DNA of 64,000 nt, taken from the NCBI RefSeq assembly GCF_000181795.1, contig NW_003526941.1, forward strand, positions 3,869,348 to 3,933,347, read 5' to 3'. Positions 1-13,208 of this stretch are shown here, piece after piece. The stretch is from Trichinella spiralis (Eukaryota). The notes below the pieces were generated by a model. It worked only from the letters and a program-made list of their open reading frames with translations, did no database searches and was not told where the DNA came from. Each line of letters starts with the position of its first letter. Within the stretch, counting starts at the first letter, position 1. The translations under genes and the position numbers were made by a program.

Positions 1-3000
1 GTCCAGAGAATCGATAAGAGTTCAGCTCAGATGACGTAATCTGTTATTATAGAAGTTATGTCGTGCAATATACATCTAATACACGCATGTACGTGCTATC
101 TAACTAAACAAATTCAACACTTACTCATTCATGTGAAACCACTGTAACACATGGCATGGTGAATCCAAACCTCTTCGACTTCTTCAACGCAATGTATGTA
201 TACTATAATAAATACCTAATTCATTCGTACTGTTACGATGAAAAAGCTCAGAAGGAGAACAGTTGGAATTCTTGACTTTCACAAGGGAAACATCGACAAG
301 GAGATGATTAAACCAAAAAGAAGGATTAAATCAAAGAAAGAAAATCAAAGAAAGAAAATCAAAGAATGGAATTTAGAAATTATGATGCACTGTTATTCGT
401 CTTCAATTATTTTCTTACAATATGGCTGTTTCTTATAAGTATCATTACAATTGCTATTGTCAGTACAAATAAAATGTACAAAAAGAATAAACTGAGAAGT
501 AATATTGGTGCACTACTTACAAGTATATAAACAGGATATCGTTCATCTTAACTCTTTCCAGATATTGCACTGTATTAGATATGGTTGTACATTTAAAAAG
601 CCATATTTACAATGTAATATTCAAATTTAAAATTTATGAAAATCCAACACAACCAATATGTGATATCAGTTACATGATGCCAAAATGAAGATTAAAGTGA
701 TGCGATGCTGATGGTGGTGCTATCCTACACGGAAAAAAACATAATTACAAACAAACAGGAGTGAAAAATTATTATGACGCATATTTACCTCATTCAGTTA
801 GCTTTCACAATCTGGTTGTTTCATATTCATTGATATGAATATAAAATAATGTCAATTCTGAAAGTAAATTATATCTCAAAATAAAAAACAAAGAATTTCT
901 TCGTCTTCACCATCTGATGTACCTGAAAGTTAGCAATAACAAAACTATAAAGAGACCCGTCAGTTTCCATTCACCATATAAGTAAAGTAACATGCATAGC
1001 ATACCACCACCAAAATATCAAATCGAACTTACCAGTAATTCACGGATGGTGTTGAAGAGCGGAATTGTAGTTGACCACCTGCCAGACTGATAGCATTGCA
1101 GTGAACTGAATAACCTAATGTAATCGAAGTGCTCTGATTAAATGTATAATAGCAAGTAAATTATGCAAATGACTATTTACTTTGCCTCCGGAAGAACAAC
1201 CTAATTTTCCATCACTAATAGCGCACTAGAATAAATATCATGAACAGCGTTATTAAACGAGACGATGAAATTTATTACGTTTTTATTTACACACTTCATA
1301 TTAATACGTATTACTGCATTATTACGTAATAGTGCACTATTACGTAATAGAGCAATATTATGCAAATTTCTTTTACTAAAATAAACTGAAACAAACTTTT
1401 AATAATCTGAAGCATTCCAAATTACTAAAAATACAATAATTTATATTTTGTAAATGACTTTCTACAAATCAAAATTATATGCATAATAAAAAAAATGGCT
1501 TCTACTGAAAACAGTTTCAAAAATGAAATACGTTTTCAGATTTATAGTAATGTAAACAGCTTTAAGACGGGAAAAGAGTAGGAAGGGAACAGCAAAGAAG
1601 GAAGGAGGGAGAGGTAGCAGGGTGGTGGAGGTAAAAGTTGTCAGAATGTGATTCGCTTTCCTTCACTAACTTTTCATGCATAACTATCAGGCGTGGTTTC
1701 ATTTATCAATACTGACAACATTTATGGAAATAGACCCTGTCTCTCAATGATAAAAAACAAGTGCATCTATATAAGTTAGTGTTATTGGCAAGACAGCGAC
1801 ATCGTACGATCTTTCAGGAGTCAGTTTTGAGGATGAAAGGAACAATTTCAGGCCATTCTGACAGTTTCAAGGGTGGTAGCTAAAAGTGCTCTGAAGCAAA
1901 GAGCAGCTTTCCTATGTCTTACTGAAATAATGCTGGGCACAAATTGGCCAGTGTCAAGCATTTAGGGGAGCAATTGCTATAGTGATAATAGCATATAGAG
2001 CAATTGCAATAGGTCAACTATGTTATATCACCAGTAAACATCATGGAGGGCATTGAAAATAATATGCGAGTCGTTCAACGGCTATGGCAACAGTATTTTC
2101 GAAATGCATTTGTAAGGACTGTTGAGAATAAAGGATGTATATATATCACTTTTACTATATCTTACGGTTTCAGATTGGCGTGTCTCTAATGTAGTACTGA
2201 TTATTAGTTGCACATCGTTACAGAAAAAAACGCATAAACTTCGATTCAAAAAAATTTAACAACTATGAAAGGTTTAAAAAGCGGGCATGTTTAGTTCAGT
2301 GTGGCAGGAGAAGAAAACAAAGTATAAAAAAACAAAAAATATGCAAAAATTCATACCTGTCAGCAGCTCTGTCATTGATGAGCTATAAAGCAAACGCAGA
2401 GCTGTTAATTTGCCAATTGATGTTCGTGGTTTCATCATATTTTTAGTCTAACAATCACAACGTAACTGTTGAAATGAAGCACCAAAATAACCAAGTAACG
2501 CAACGCAGTAACTAATTAGACCGCTCTTCAGCAGCGTATATTTATATAATACTGCAGCTCTCTGAATAAATAGAAATTTATACGAGGAAAATCACTTCCG
2601 GATTTGAATGGCTGAAAGGTCACGTAGCAAAATGCCATCGGCAGTGTTCTCCTTCACATTAGCATAAACATACTCTGCTGACCTAGAAATGCATGTATGC
2701 TTTGTAAACGTAAGATAATGTAATGGGCTAGCAACAAAGCCTATAATAATTTTTGAACAGCAACAAAATCCTGAATACGTTACAGATGAAAGTCATTATC
2801 CATGTCAAATTATATTATAACGTATGACTTAATTCAAATAAGCATAAAAATCTGTGACTTATATGAAACTAAACAGCAACGTTAATCGTACGTAAATTAA
2901 GCAACTATCAATCAACTATTAGTGTATTGATCGCTGCTTACGCATGCAATAATAGTCAGCACGATAATTATACTTTGCAATGTATACCATTTTCAGCAGA

Positions 3001-4873
3001 GTTAACTTTTTAATTTCCAAGAACAGATTGCTTAGTTATCGTTAAGCAATTACATATTCAATACCTATTTCCAGCAATATTACAATGTCATTCAATAAAA
3101 AAACGGTAACTTACAAAAATAGTCAACTTCCCATCATTTGGAGATACATTTCTTGAAAAACTACATAACGTGATTGGCCATATTGAATATAAATGATGAT
3201 GCCTGCCAGGCTTCCTTTGAAATCGTCTTTCATTCTGATTTTGCAGGACACCATCCAACTACAAATATCACAAAAAAAATTAGAATTCACGAATTGATGT
3301 AAATTTAAATCATACTCCACATAATTCAAATTGTGTTAAACATGTAGTACGTCTAGATTCCGTTATGTTCAGAAATAAACCTTTCCGACTGTTGATGCAC
3401 AATCGAAAAAGCAACAAGATATGTGATAGATCTTAACAATATTAACAATAATATTGCTTCGTATATCTAGACACCATTGCATAGCCCAAATAAAGTAAAT
3501 TAAATAGTTATTATTTGAGTTTTAAAGCGAATGTTTGGTCAAATTATTTCATCACTGTTAGGCGCATCTCGTTAGTATGCAAATTTTCATGCGTTCATTG
3601 CCTTACCGTTTGTTTGCTTAGCAACTATTGTTCATCACAAGCGACGGTTTCTAATATATGAACCAACTTCATTTGATATTCTTATTTTTCAGAAATTCAA
3701 TGATATCTAGAAACGGAGAATAACTTAATTGTTATTATTGTGAAGTTGCATCATGTGTGCTGCTTTTAGTGTCATTTTAGATTAACAGTCGTGAAATTTT
3801 TGTTTGCTTAACGAAATGAAATGCAGGCACAGTAAGACCTGTTTACCAGAAAATGCATGCAAATTTTTGTTCAACTGCAATACATAACGCTTTCTTAACT
3901 TCAGATTCAATGGTTGGTGATATACGGTTGGTACGGAGAGTGCATTGGTGAGGAATTAAAAAACTGAATCTATTTATAAGATAATAAACAAATTAAATAA
4001 ATGACGACCGTGCAAAACTGATATTTAAAACGTTTTTCATCAATTATTATAGAAAATTAATGATAAATTATAATGATCAAAGAGCAGTGCATGCACGAAA
4101 AGAGCCGTAATTCATTTTTAATGCAAATTAAATAAAATTGCATAACTAAAAACAACAGATTCACAGTAAGTGTTTTCTAATTGACAAATAAGTTAAAATA
4201 AGAAACACGCAAACAGCAGTCAATTGCAGACATTAATTGCAAAAATACGACAAGTATTCAAATTAAATATACCCCATGGAAATGTACAGTAATATAAAAT
4301 GTAATGTATGACAGCAATATCGTTATACATTTTACAAATTATCACATTCATAATGATCTGTGTTTTAACTGTTGAACATTTTAAGGTAATTACTGACAAT
4401 AAATAGATTGGCACACTGGAAAGTGAATTCTAAAACCTACATAAACCGTATATTATTTAATTTTCTTTGCTAATTTACAATCTCAACATCTTAATATAAG
4501 TAAAAAAAATGCAACTTACCAAAATATATCTTCACCAAGTTCAGGCTTGCCTCTTTTGTGTCCAGTCGAAAATTGTGATGCACCATTTTCAAAAAATGGG
4601 AATAAACAGAAAAAACAGATCACTTTCTTCTATATAATGCTTCGTGCTCATCATTCAGTAAGACTAATCAATTGTGAAGTCGCCGCACTGCACTACACTG
4701 TAGCTACCACCGCAACGTTATCTGGTCAAGCAAGAAAAGCAACAGCAGACTACTAACAACATGCAAATAACCAACCTATCTGAATATACCACACAGTGTA
4801 GATACAGTTCTGGGCGGCTGCTAGCGGAATTCTGTATGATACAAGCACAGCACAATCGAATAGCTAATGTGGA

Positions 4874-5125
4874 CCGCAGTAATCGATACAGCGGTGCATG
4901 AAAAAAGTGAACTGCTATATAATGGAAAATAACCTACCGCGGAGTAATGGTCTCGGTGCACGATAAAACTGAATTGCTCCGCCGTAAGAAATAACCCAGT
5001 ACGCAGTAGTAGGTGTCGTGCATTATGCAAAATTTTTGCGAGATAGCAAATAGCTCCGCCGTGCGGAGTAGTGGACGCGGGGCACGATAAAACTGTATTG
5101 CTCCGCAATAGGAAATAACCCGATG
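4874..5125. repeat. Degenerate tandem repeat of about 62 bp, about 4 units; two best copies 124 bp apart
   Basis: GCGGAGTA(A/G)TGG...GCACGATAAAACTG(A/T)ATTGCTCCGC...GAAATAACCC at 4939 and 5063; weaker copies near 4874 and 5001. Confidence 0.7.
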
Positions 5126-7297
5126 CACCGTATAAATTTACTGTAACAGCCGTATCTGTTATGCAGGTATTTTTTTGTAATGTAAAATCTGTAGCCAAGA
5201 TAATCACAAAATCTCACAGTGAATCAGTATTATTTGCCTTTCCAAGTGAGTTATCCGTGACCAGCTGGCTTGCTAGTTTTAAAAGTCTATATTTAGCCAC
5301 TCGTTTTCTAGATTTGATCACATGTTGGATATATTTAAATGTGCATTAGAAAGTATAATTAGTAAATTGATGCAAATTTCTAGCATGGAATCTTTTTCCA
5401 AGTTGTGACCTTGTAGACCAATATTATTAGTAATGTAGCGTTCAATCATAGCTTGCATACATTTCAATCATACATGATAGGGAAAAGATCAACTGACGAT
5501 GATTAAATTTTAGCTTTGCAAGTGAAATGAAATGAAACAAAAATTGAACACAATTAGTAAGCAACTGATGCCAACAAACGGGTAATTATTAACTATTAAC
5601 GGGTCATGATTATTAACAAAACAAAATTTGTATATATTATAGATTGTTTAAACGAGAAAATGTGCATGGCAGATTTAAACAAAATTAATAAAAATAAAAA
5701 TATGTTAGTGAAATATGGAAATTTTCTATTGTATATAAATATATGTATGTATGAGTGTATGTTATGGTTTATGAAATTTCAGTAAACAACAAAGACTAGT
5801 AATTACAAGTGTAATAAAGATTAAAACATTAGCTGAATACGTATGAACGCTTTGTTGTTTCCTTTTGTGTGCGCAGTTAATTACCTGTCAATAAACTGCA
5901 ATTGTAAAATTGTCATTTTTATACATTAGCCGACATGAAATTTTCTTCTTCTCTCGAAAATGCGACGCCTGCAGTACTCACTGACTACATACAACGCACA
6001 ACTGTCCATTCTTTTTCGATGTGTCCATTGATTGGGTCACGCTGGAAAAATATTTGTAGGTTAAAAGTTGTTAATAATAATGTTAACTTTTCAATAATAA
6101 TTTAAAAAACGTTTTCAATTATCAAAATATTTTAACTCACATATGATGACTTTCTAATAAATAATATATTACCTGTGAAAGTATATTGTGAAAATCCTTT
6201 TATTACTCATTGGAAAAATAATTTTTATAAGTATCCTTAACGTTCAGAAAAAACCTTTTCAAATTATACAATCAGAAACAACTCACATATTGAATATTAA
6301 AAACGAAAATTTAAGCAAGTAAAAATGACAAGCACTGAAAGAGTTTCTCGCTTTACAATAAAAGCTTTAACATTTTTTCTAAATCATATTTTAAATTTGA
6401 TTGAATTTAGATTGCAATACAAAAGTGGAAAGAAGAAATAAAACCTATTTTAAAAAATGAATATACATATATAAGTGTGTGTGGGTGTGTGGGTGTAGAA
6501 ATAACTGTTTATCTAGGAATTAAAAAATGTATTTAAAGTTTGCAATTGAATATTTGTGGTTAATTGAAAAGAATATGTTCAACTGATATAAAACAACAAC
6601 AACATAATCTGCTGTTAAAAGTGCAAAAATTATTGCAGAGAAGAAGTTTGAAATGAAAAGCAGCGACCCCAGGTCGGCAATAGTCAAAAATTTACTGACA
6701 ACTGCCGACGACAACTTGGATAAGCACACCGCCGATGAGGTGGATTGAAATCCGTTTGCGTTTCGTTGTCGTATGCGTCATATTTGATAAGCAATTGTGA
6801 TGATAGAGTGGAATTGTTAGGAGTCGGGAGAGTGCAATTTTGTTGACTAAAATTGGACATCAAGCCGCGGAACGCCCATTCCAGTGAAGCAAGCAAGCAA
6901 GCAAGCGAACGAGCTTTTCAAGTGTGGAATAACAATTGCTGGCACCGGCTGGAAGCAGTGTTGCCGTATGGGTGGATGCATGAGAAATTTGCCGTTTGAG
7001 ATTGGATGACAAGCGTGGTCGGCAACGGCAAACAACGTTTGCCATAAATCTATCTACGCTTGCTTGACTTGACGACCACTAGTCACGGATGCGATTCCAC
7101 AACGTTCAGGTGACGGCAAGTTTGCGCATTCAATAAGCACACATCTCTCGCCTTTGCCTGCATTATATACATACACTTTGACCAAGTGGCCTGGACAAAT
7201 TTTGACGAAAAACAACAATATCGATAATCATCATATATTTTTTCTTTTGCATAAATTTGCAAATCTTCATTCTTAACAAATTGATACGTCTGTCCGC

Positions 7298-10200
7298 ATG
7301 ATAGGTCCACCGTTGATATCATTCTTTTTGTTATTTGGAATAACAGTAAGCTCGGCTACAGCGCAACACATGTTACGTGAAGGTCGCTGGCGTAAAGTGA
7401 TCATTGCACCGGAAGTAGGCCCTGAAATACGTAGCCGAACTTACAGTGATAGGTAGACAAAGGATTTCACCATTTCTTAAAATTTTCTTGTTGTTTTTTT
7501 TTGATCTACAAATTCTAACAATTTTGAAATCTAAGATTTCGCTCTTGGTGGCAAAGAACGTTAGAATCCTACGACAATCGTCTGAGGCCTGACTTTGGAG
7601 GTAAGTTGCATGCTTGTACTACAGTGTGCTTAAATAAAGTGGACCATTTTTTCCCTTTGCCTGCCGTTTGTTAGAAATGAAAACGGATAACTTTACATAA
7701 ATATATAAATGTTCAAATAACACCTAAACGCCGCTCCCGTTTCTACTTACTATGTATCGTTTCTACCAGGGAGATAAATATTTTTAACCTCAAATGAACA
7801 TAAACACACTTCACAGTAACAATCAAAATTGTACAAATAACACTGGAAATTTCTATTCCAAAAATTTCACTTATGTTTCAGAATTTTATACGTAGCATTT
7901 TTGCGCAGCAGTTTTTACACGTATCACCTATGCTAATAATAATATTAATAATGTAAGCAACTGATAATCGCACAGGTTAGAAATAAATAAACGTTTGCAA
8001 CATTAATTTCTGCAATAGAACATTGTTGAATTTCTTTGCATAAAATTTCACGTGAGGAAAATCGGTTTCACGCAAAAAAACACATTTAATTTCAATTTCT
8101 CACATGATCAATTGAACAAATCACTTTGTGCAGAGAGTTACATTGTGTAATTCAATTAATTTTTCAGCTATAAGCAACGTTGACAAGTAAAATTTTAGCA
8201 ATTTCCACATTTCATCAAAAAAGAGAGCAAATTTAATATTTTTAAGAGCATAAAATCAATGTTTTCTTCACAATTATCCAAAAAGCTGAGATGAAAATTT
8301 TTGGCACCACCATGACACCACTTCGTTCCCTAACCTCATATTCCATTAAATTGATCAAAACGCTTCAAATAAAACTCTGTGTACTTGCAATAACTAAATT
8401 GGAAAACAATCACCATACAGCTGCAAATTTTAATATATTTATTAATTCTTACACACAAATAAATATTTATATGTTTAAACTAACAGCTATATTAACAAAT
8501 CACTGTAACAGATTCGCAGTTGTGTACGAGAGATCTGGGATAGGAAATGCGCATTTACAAATAACGTTACAATTAAGTAAAAATTAAATGCTCAGAAACT
8601 GCAATGCAAAAGAGATATACACATTATATAAATGAAATGTGGGACCCGTCAGTCTGCCAGTCATACTAATATTTAAAGAAGAGCCAATTTTTAATGACAA
8701 TAATGATATAAATGCATAACAACAGCCCACCAAAATTACCTCATATGCCACATTTGTTTAATTACATTTACACCTATGCCTGGAAATAATTTGAAAATTC
8801 CTGAAACGCTATAAAATTATCATAACATTACAGGATCAACGTTGTTTTAAAATCCACATACATAATTCAAATGTTGAACAAACATTTTATTATTTGGAAA
8901 AGTCTCAATCTTCTTCAAATTCACTTAAATCAATGAACTTGCACGCCAATTTTGCATAGAAAAACAACTTGGAATATTCGATATTATTTGTCACATTTGT
9001 AAATTAATGAACAATCAAAGTAGGTTGTGAATTGCTTTTTAATTTCAAAATGAACAAAAACTGCTCATTCAAATTATAATTTTCACAACCAAAACTCAAC
9101 TGAACAACAGCTACTTATAAAAATTATTTATTGCATTCCTTGTCAATTTCCTCCAATGCCGAGAGTGTCTTAACTTCAAAGCTAGAGTGTTCTGAAAATT
9201 TTTAATAAAATTAATAAGATTTTGAAACGTATGATTAAAATTATACTTATATAATTACGCTGAACACCAACCAGTTACCGCTTTTCAATATCATTACTTT
9301 CAATCATAATAATGTGAAGGCCTAATCTGACAACTTACTTTTCCTCACTAATTCTACTGTTTGTGTGTATCTGGAAGTGGTATGTATCATGGTTTATCAC
9401 CAATAAACCCAAGGTTTTGCAAAGGATTAACATCTACATTATTATAATGCTGCATTACATTACATTGCCCTTCCACTCGCCTTTATGAATGATATAAACG
9501 ATGAAAGAATAAATATAACTGCTTGAAGCAATTCGACACGGCAAGCATGAATGAAATGAAAAATAATTCACATTTCTTCTGTTAGCATGACATGGCAAAA
9601 CATCTGTTGCGCACTGAACACTTGAAATGAATAAAAAAAAATTCCACGTTTGTGTGTTCAAGTAAACAATTCAAGTCGTTAATGGAAATGAATTAAAATC
9701 AATTACAGTGATTGAAACTATGAAAAATGAAAAAATAAATGCAGTGAACAGAACTTTATGCGTAAATTGTCAGATTTAAGCATAAAAAAGGACGTTTGCA
9801 TTTTTGAAATTACGTTCAGATGAATATTTTACAAATTGAAACATTGCAAAAACATGACGGCAAAACCGACAGAAAACAGATGAGAACGTATCATTGCTAA
9901 TCAGCCAGGCAAGCAAGCAAGCAAGCAAGCAGGGTGGCAATTGAGCAAGCGGACAAACAAGCAAACAATTTCCGATGTGAAACAAATAATTATGATTAAA
10001 TACTAGAAGAACTTTATAAAACTATGCAACAAATGTTCCGATTGACTTTTAAGCATTATACAACTTCTGTCCAACGTCTACTTTTCAAACAGCTGCATAA
10101 TATTCTTGAAATACTTCAAACAATTTTAAATGTGAAATTTTTTAAATTTCTATTTTGCATTTTGTTGCATTCACAAATAAAATTCAAAATATTTCACATC

Positions 10201-12590
10201 CATCCTCCATTGATGCAAAAAGAAAACTTGAAGCTTTGAAAATTGCAAAAATAATATTGAAAAATTTTTAGTGAAACCGGTAGAAATCAGAGTCGGTATG
10301 AAGTTGATCAGCATCAGTTCGATAGATGAAGCTTCAATGGTAAGCAAACTTTTTTTCAAAAATCCAAAATAAACCTTATATATTTGTGTTGATGCTTAAA
10401 ATAGCTTGATAAGAATATAGAATGAAAAGCCTCCTATCCTATCCCATCCCATCCCATCCCATTTCTCTAAATTATGTCGTAAATTTGTCGAACAAGTTTG
10501 ATGCAAAATAAGTGAAGAATCACAGCTAACAATAACTGCTATTATACATAGATATACAATAAGAGAAATTCGGGAAAATTCTATACGTTTTTCATTCACA
10601 GAGGTGAGATTAGTCAGTAGAGTAATGAATGCTGTATTATTAATCAAAGTGAATTTCCTTATTTTGTGCATGCCAGCTTTAGAAAATGATTTATGAGTTG
10701 CATAACAATCAGACAAACTGCCTGATAAAAAAAGTTCATTATTTGAACAAGTGTTGCAAAAAGTATTACATCTTCCGCTATGATGATAATTATGATGATA
10801 TTTGTGTTAGAGATCTTGCAATAAATAATAATAAATTCCCTAGTTCAAAACAGATGCTTCCTAAGAATAGAAAATTCCGTTAAAATATATATATATATAT
10901 ACATTCTACGAAGCGAATTCTAATGCAAGCTAATATAAAATTTTAAAATAGATTACATCTCAACAACAATAATTGAAATAACTATTGCATAATGAATTTC
11001 TAATCTCAATCCCAATCTCAATATAATCAATAATATAAAAGTTGAATAAAACAAATGAAGTGAAAATGAATTGAAGAAAAGAAAAAACTAACTGATCAAA
11101 AAGTGTACAGCGTTTTACGGCCGAAATGTTCTACCACGAATATTGGCGCGATTTGAGACTGCAGTTCAATCGTACCTGGTTCGGCTACAAGAATCCTATA
11201 GATCTTCCTTCTGAAGGAGCAGAACGTCTCTGGATACCGGACACATGTTTCAACAACGCTCTCGACTCGAAAGGACCAGAACCGGGTTCGCTCTCGCATC
11301 GTGGTCACATGAAACTGTTCGAAGATGGAACCATATTCTACAGTCGTCGGTAGGCTAAATTCGTCAACGTTAACGCTCGTCCACCAGATATTATCGTCAG
11401 TATTCATTTTTCAGATTGTCCATCACAGCCCAATGCAAGTTCGACCTTCTCATGTAAGTAAAATTATTCACCATTTCAGAAAGTATAACAATAGCACCGG
11501 ATGAAAAATTAAATAATAATAACTGCTTACTTTTCTCTCTCTTTGTTCCACATTTCACCAGGTATCCATTCGATCAACAAGCGTGTGGATTGGAATTATC
11601 AAGCTGTAAGTAAAATTAAATAAATAAATCTCAAAGCAAATAATAATGAATAAAATTTTTTTTCTCAATTAACAATTTTCTTTCATTTCAGATGGACATA
11701 CCACAGACGACGTGAAGTATGAGTGGACAGTGAACGCTCATTCAATAGAATTGGACGACATCAGTCTACCAGATTTTTATGCAAAATCGTACCGTTTCTA
11801 CACTCGCAATGAAACTTACGCAGCCGGTGAATATATAGATCAATTACATATTGTTATACGAGAAAAAAAAGAAGTTCCTGTTGGTTTTTTCTCAATCAAC
11901 ATAGTAATTTTTCAGGTGAATTCAATGTTGCCAGAATGTGCGTATTATTGAAACGACGATCCGGCTTCTGCTTTTTGAATTTGTTCGTGCCAGCTACAGC
12001 CGTCGTGACCAGCTCGTGGATTTCGCTTTGGATGGAAGATCAGACCCAATTTTCGGACATGTTCTCCATCATATTGGCAATTATATTCTTGTCTTTTTCG
12101 TTCAACGCCGTCATGCCAAAAGTCAGCTACATCAAGGTGAGATAATAATAGATCACCGTGTGTCCACGTTGTGACAATGCTGTTGTTATTGTTATTGCAG
12201 GTGATGGATTTGTACCTGGGGGGTTGCTTCATTTTCGCTTTCCTCTCGTTGGCCAAGTTGATCATTGTCAAACTGCTTCACCGACAGATTAAGAAGCGCA
12301 GAAAACGCAGCTCGGTTGGCAACATCATGAACTCGCCTACCATGAACAACGGAGGTGACAACAGCAACGATCCCAACGGTCGGGATCCGGCCACGTTGGA
12401 TTTGGAATCGTTGATTCGGTTCAGCCTTTTCCAGCCGTTCCTTCGACGAACCACGCACGACTGCTTTTGGAAAGGAGCAAAAATATTCCACGTCGGCTCG
12501 CAGGTCATTTTGCCAGTAGCGTTTGGCACGTTCGGCTTCTTCTACTTTGCCATCTTTTCCAATATCAACATGTCCAATACTACCTGTTAG
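7298..12590 (+). CDS. Cys-loop ligand-gated ion channel subunit (GABA-A/Gly/anion-channel-like extracellular domain, divergent M2), multi-exon
   Basis: Manual splicing: exon 7298-7452 (signal peptide MIGPPLISFFLLFGITVSSATA), 7536-7600 (YDNRLRPDFG), 10272-10339 (KPVEIRVGMKLISISSIDEASM), 11111-11349 (WRDLRL...LWIPDTCFNN). The Cys-loop CKFDLLMYPFDQQAC is split over two small exons. M1-M3 (FVPATAVVTSSWISLW...MPKVSYIK|VMDLYLGGCFIFAF) and M4 follow, stop at 12590. Junction phases are consistent. Confidence 0.9.
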
Positions 12591-12747
12591 ATTGCTAGAA
12601 ATTCAGTCCGTACTAAATTGTACTATTGTATACTGTTGATCGACCTCAAAATTATACATACAGTACTAACAATAATAACACTGATGAAAATTAACCCCTG
12701 CTGTCGACCTCAAGCGAAACGAACGCATGTATACTGAAATATGCATC

Positions 12748-12792
<45 letters not shown>
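12748..12792. repeat. (AAT)15 microsatellite
   Basis: Perfect AAT run downstream of the channel gene. Confidence 0.95.
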
Positions 12793-12793
<1 letters not shown>

Positions 12794-13208
12794 TATTTTC
12801 ATTGAATTCCAAACAAATGCATACATTCGTCTCTGTATCAGTATATTTGCTATTTTACTGAAAGAAAATACTTCTACTATATGAATTATGGAAAACATAA
12901 TATATTCAATGGAAGAGTAATGTAAAATTATAAGCCAGAATTTTTGAATGGAAAATATTTTCAAATTTATGCGCAAAATCGTAAAAATATAAAGTAAATA
13001 ACATAGAAATTGAGTAAAAAAAATAAAATAAATGACTGTTCAATCAGTCAGTCTACTATTTTTAGTCTATTCAGTGCGAAATTTAACACTGATCTATATA
13101 TATGTATATTGGAAAAAAAAAGAAAAGAAAATAACAATGAAAAATTGTTCCAAACAATGCAGTGATGCAAGTGTGATTAAATTAAACGAAAATTCAACAT
13201 CTTCTCAA

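Noticed and set aside
4874..5125. Repeat-spacer appearance reminiscent of a CRISPR array
   Set aside because: Eukaryotic context, degenerate contiguous units with no unique spacers and no cas genes.
7346..7444. 14-bp imperfect inverted repeat (GTAAGCTCGGCTAC / GTAGCCGAACTTAC) suggesting a structured ncRNA
   Set aside because: It lies within the first coding exon (signal peptide region) of the Cys-loop channel, and I see no ncRNA family motif.
6888..9930. Two (GCAA)n runs near and within the channel gene
   Set aside because: Ordinary short microsatellites with no evidence of function.
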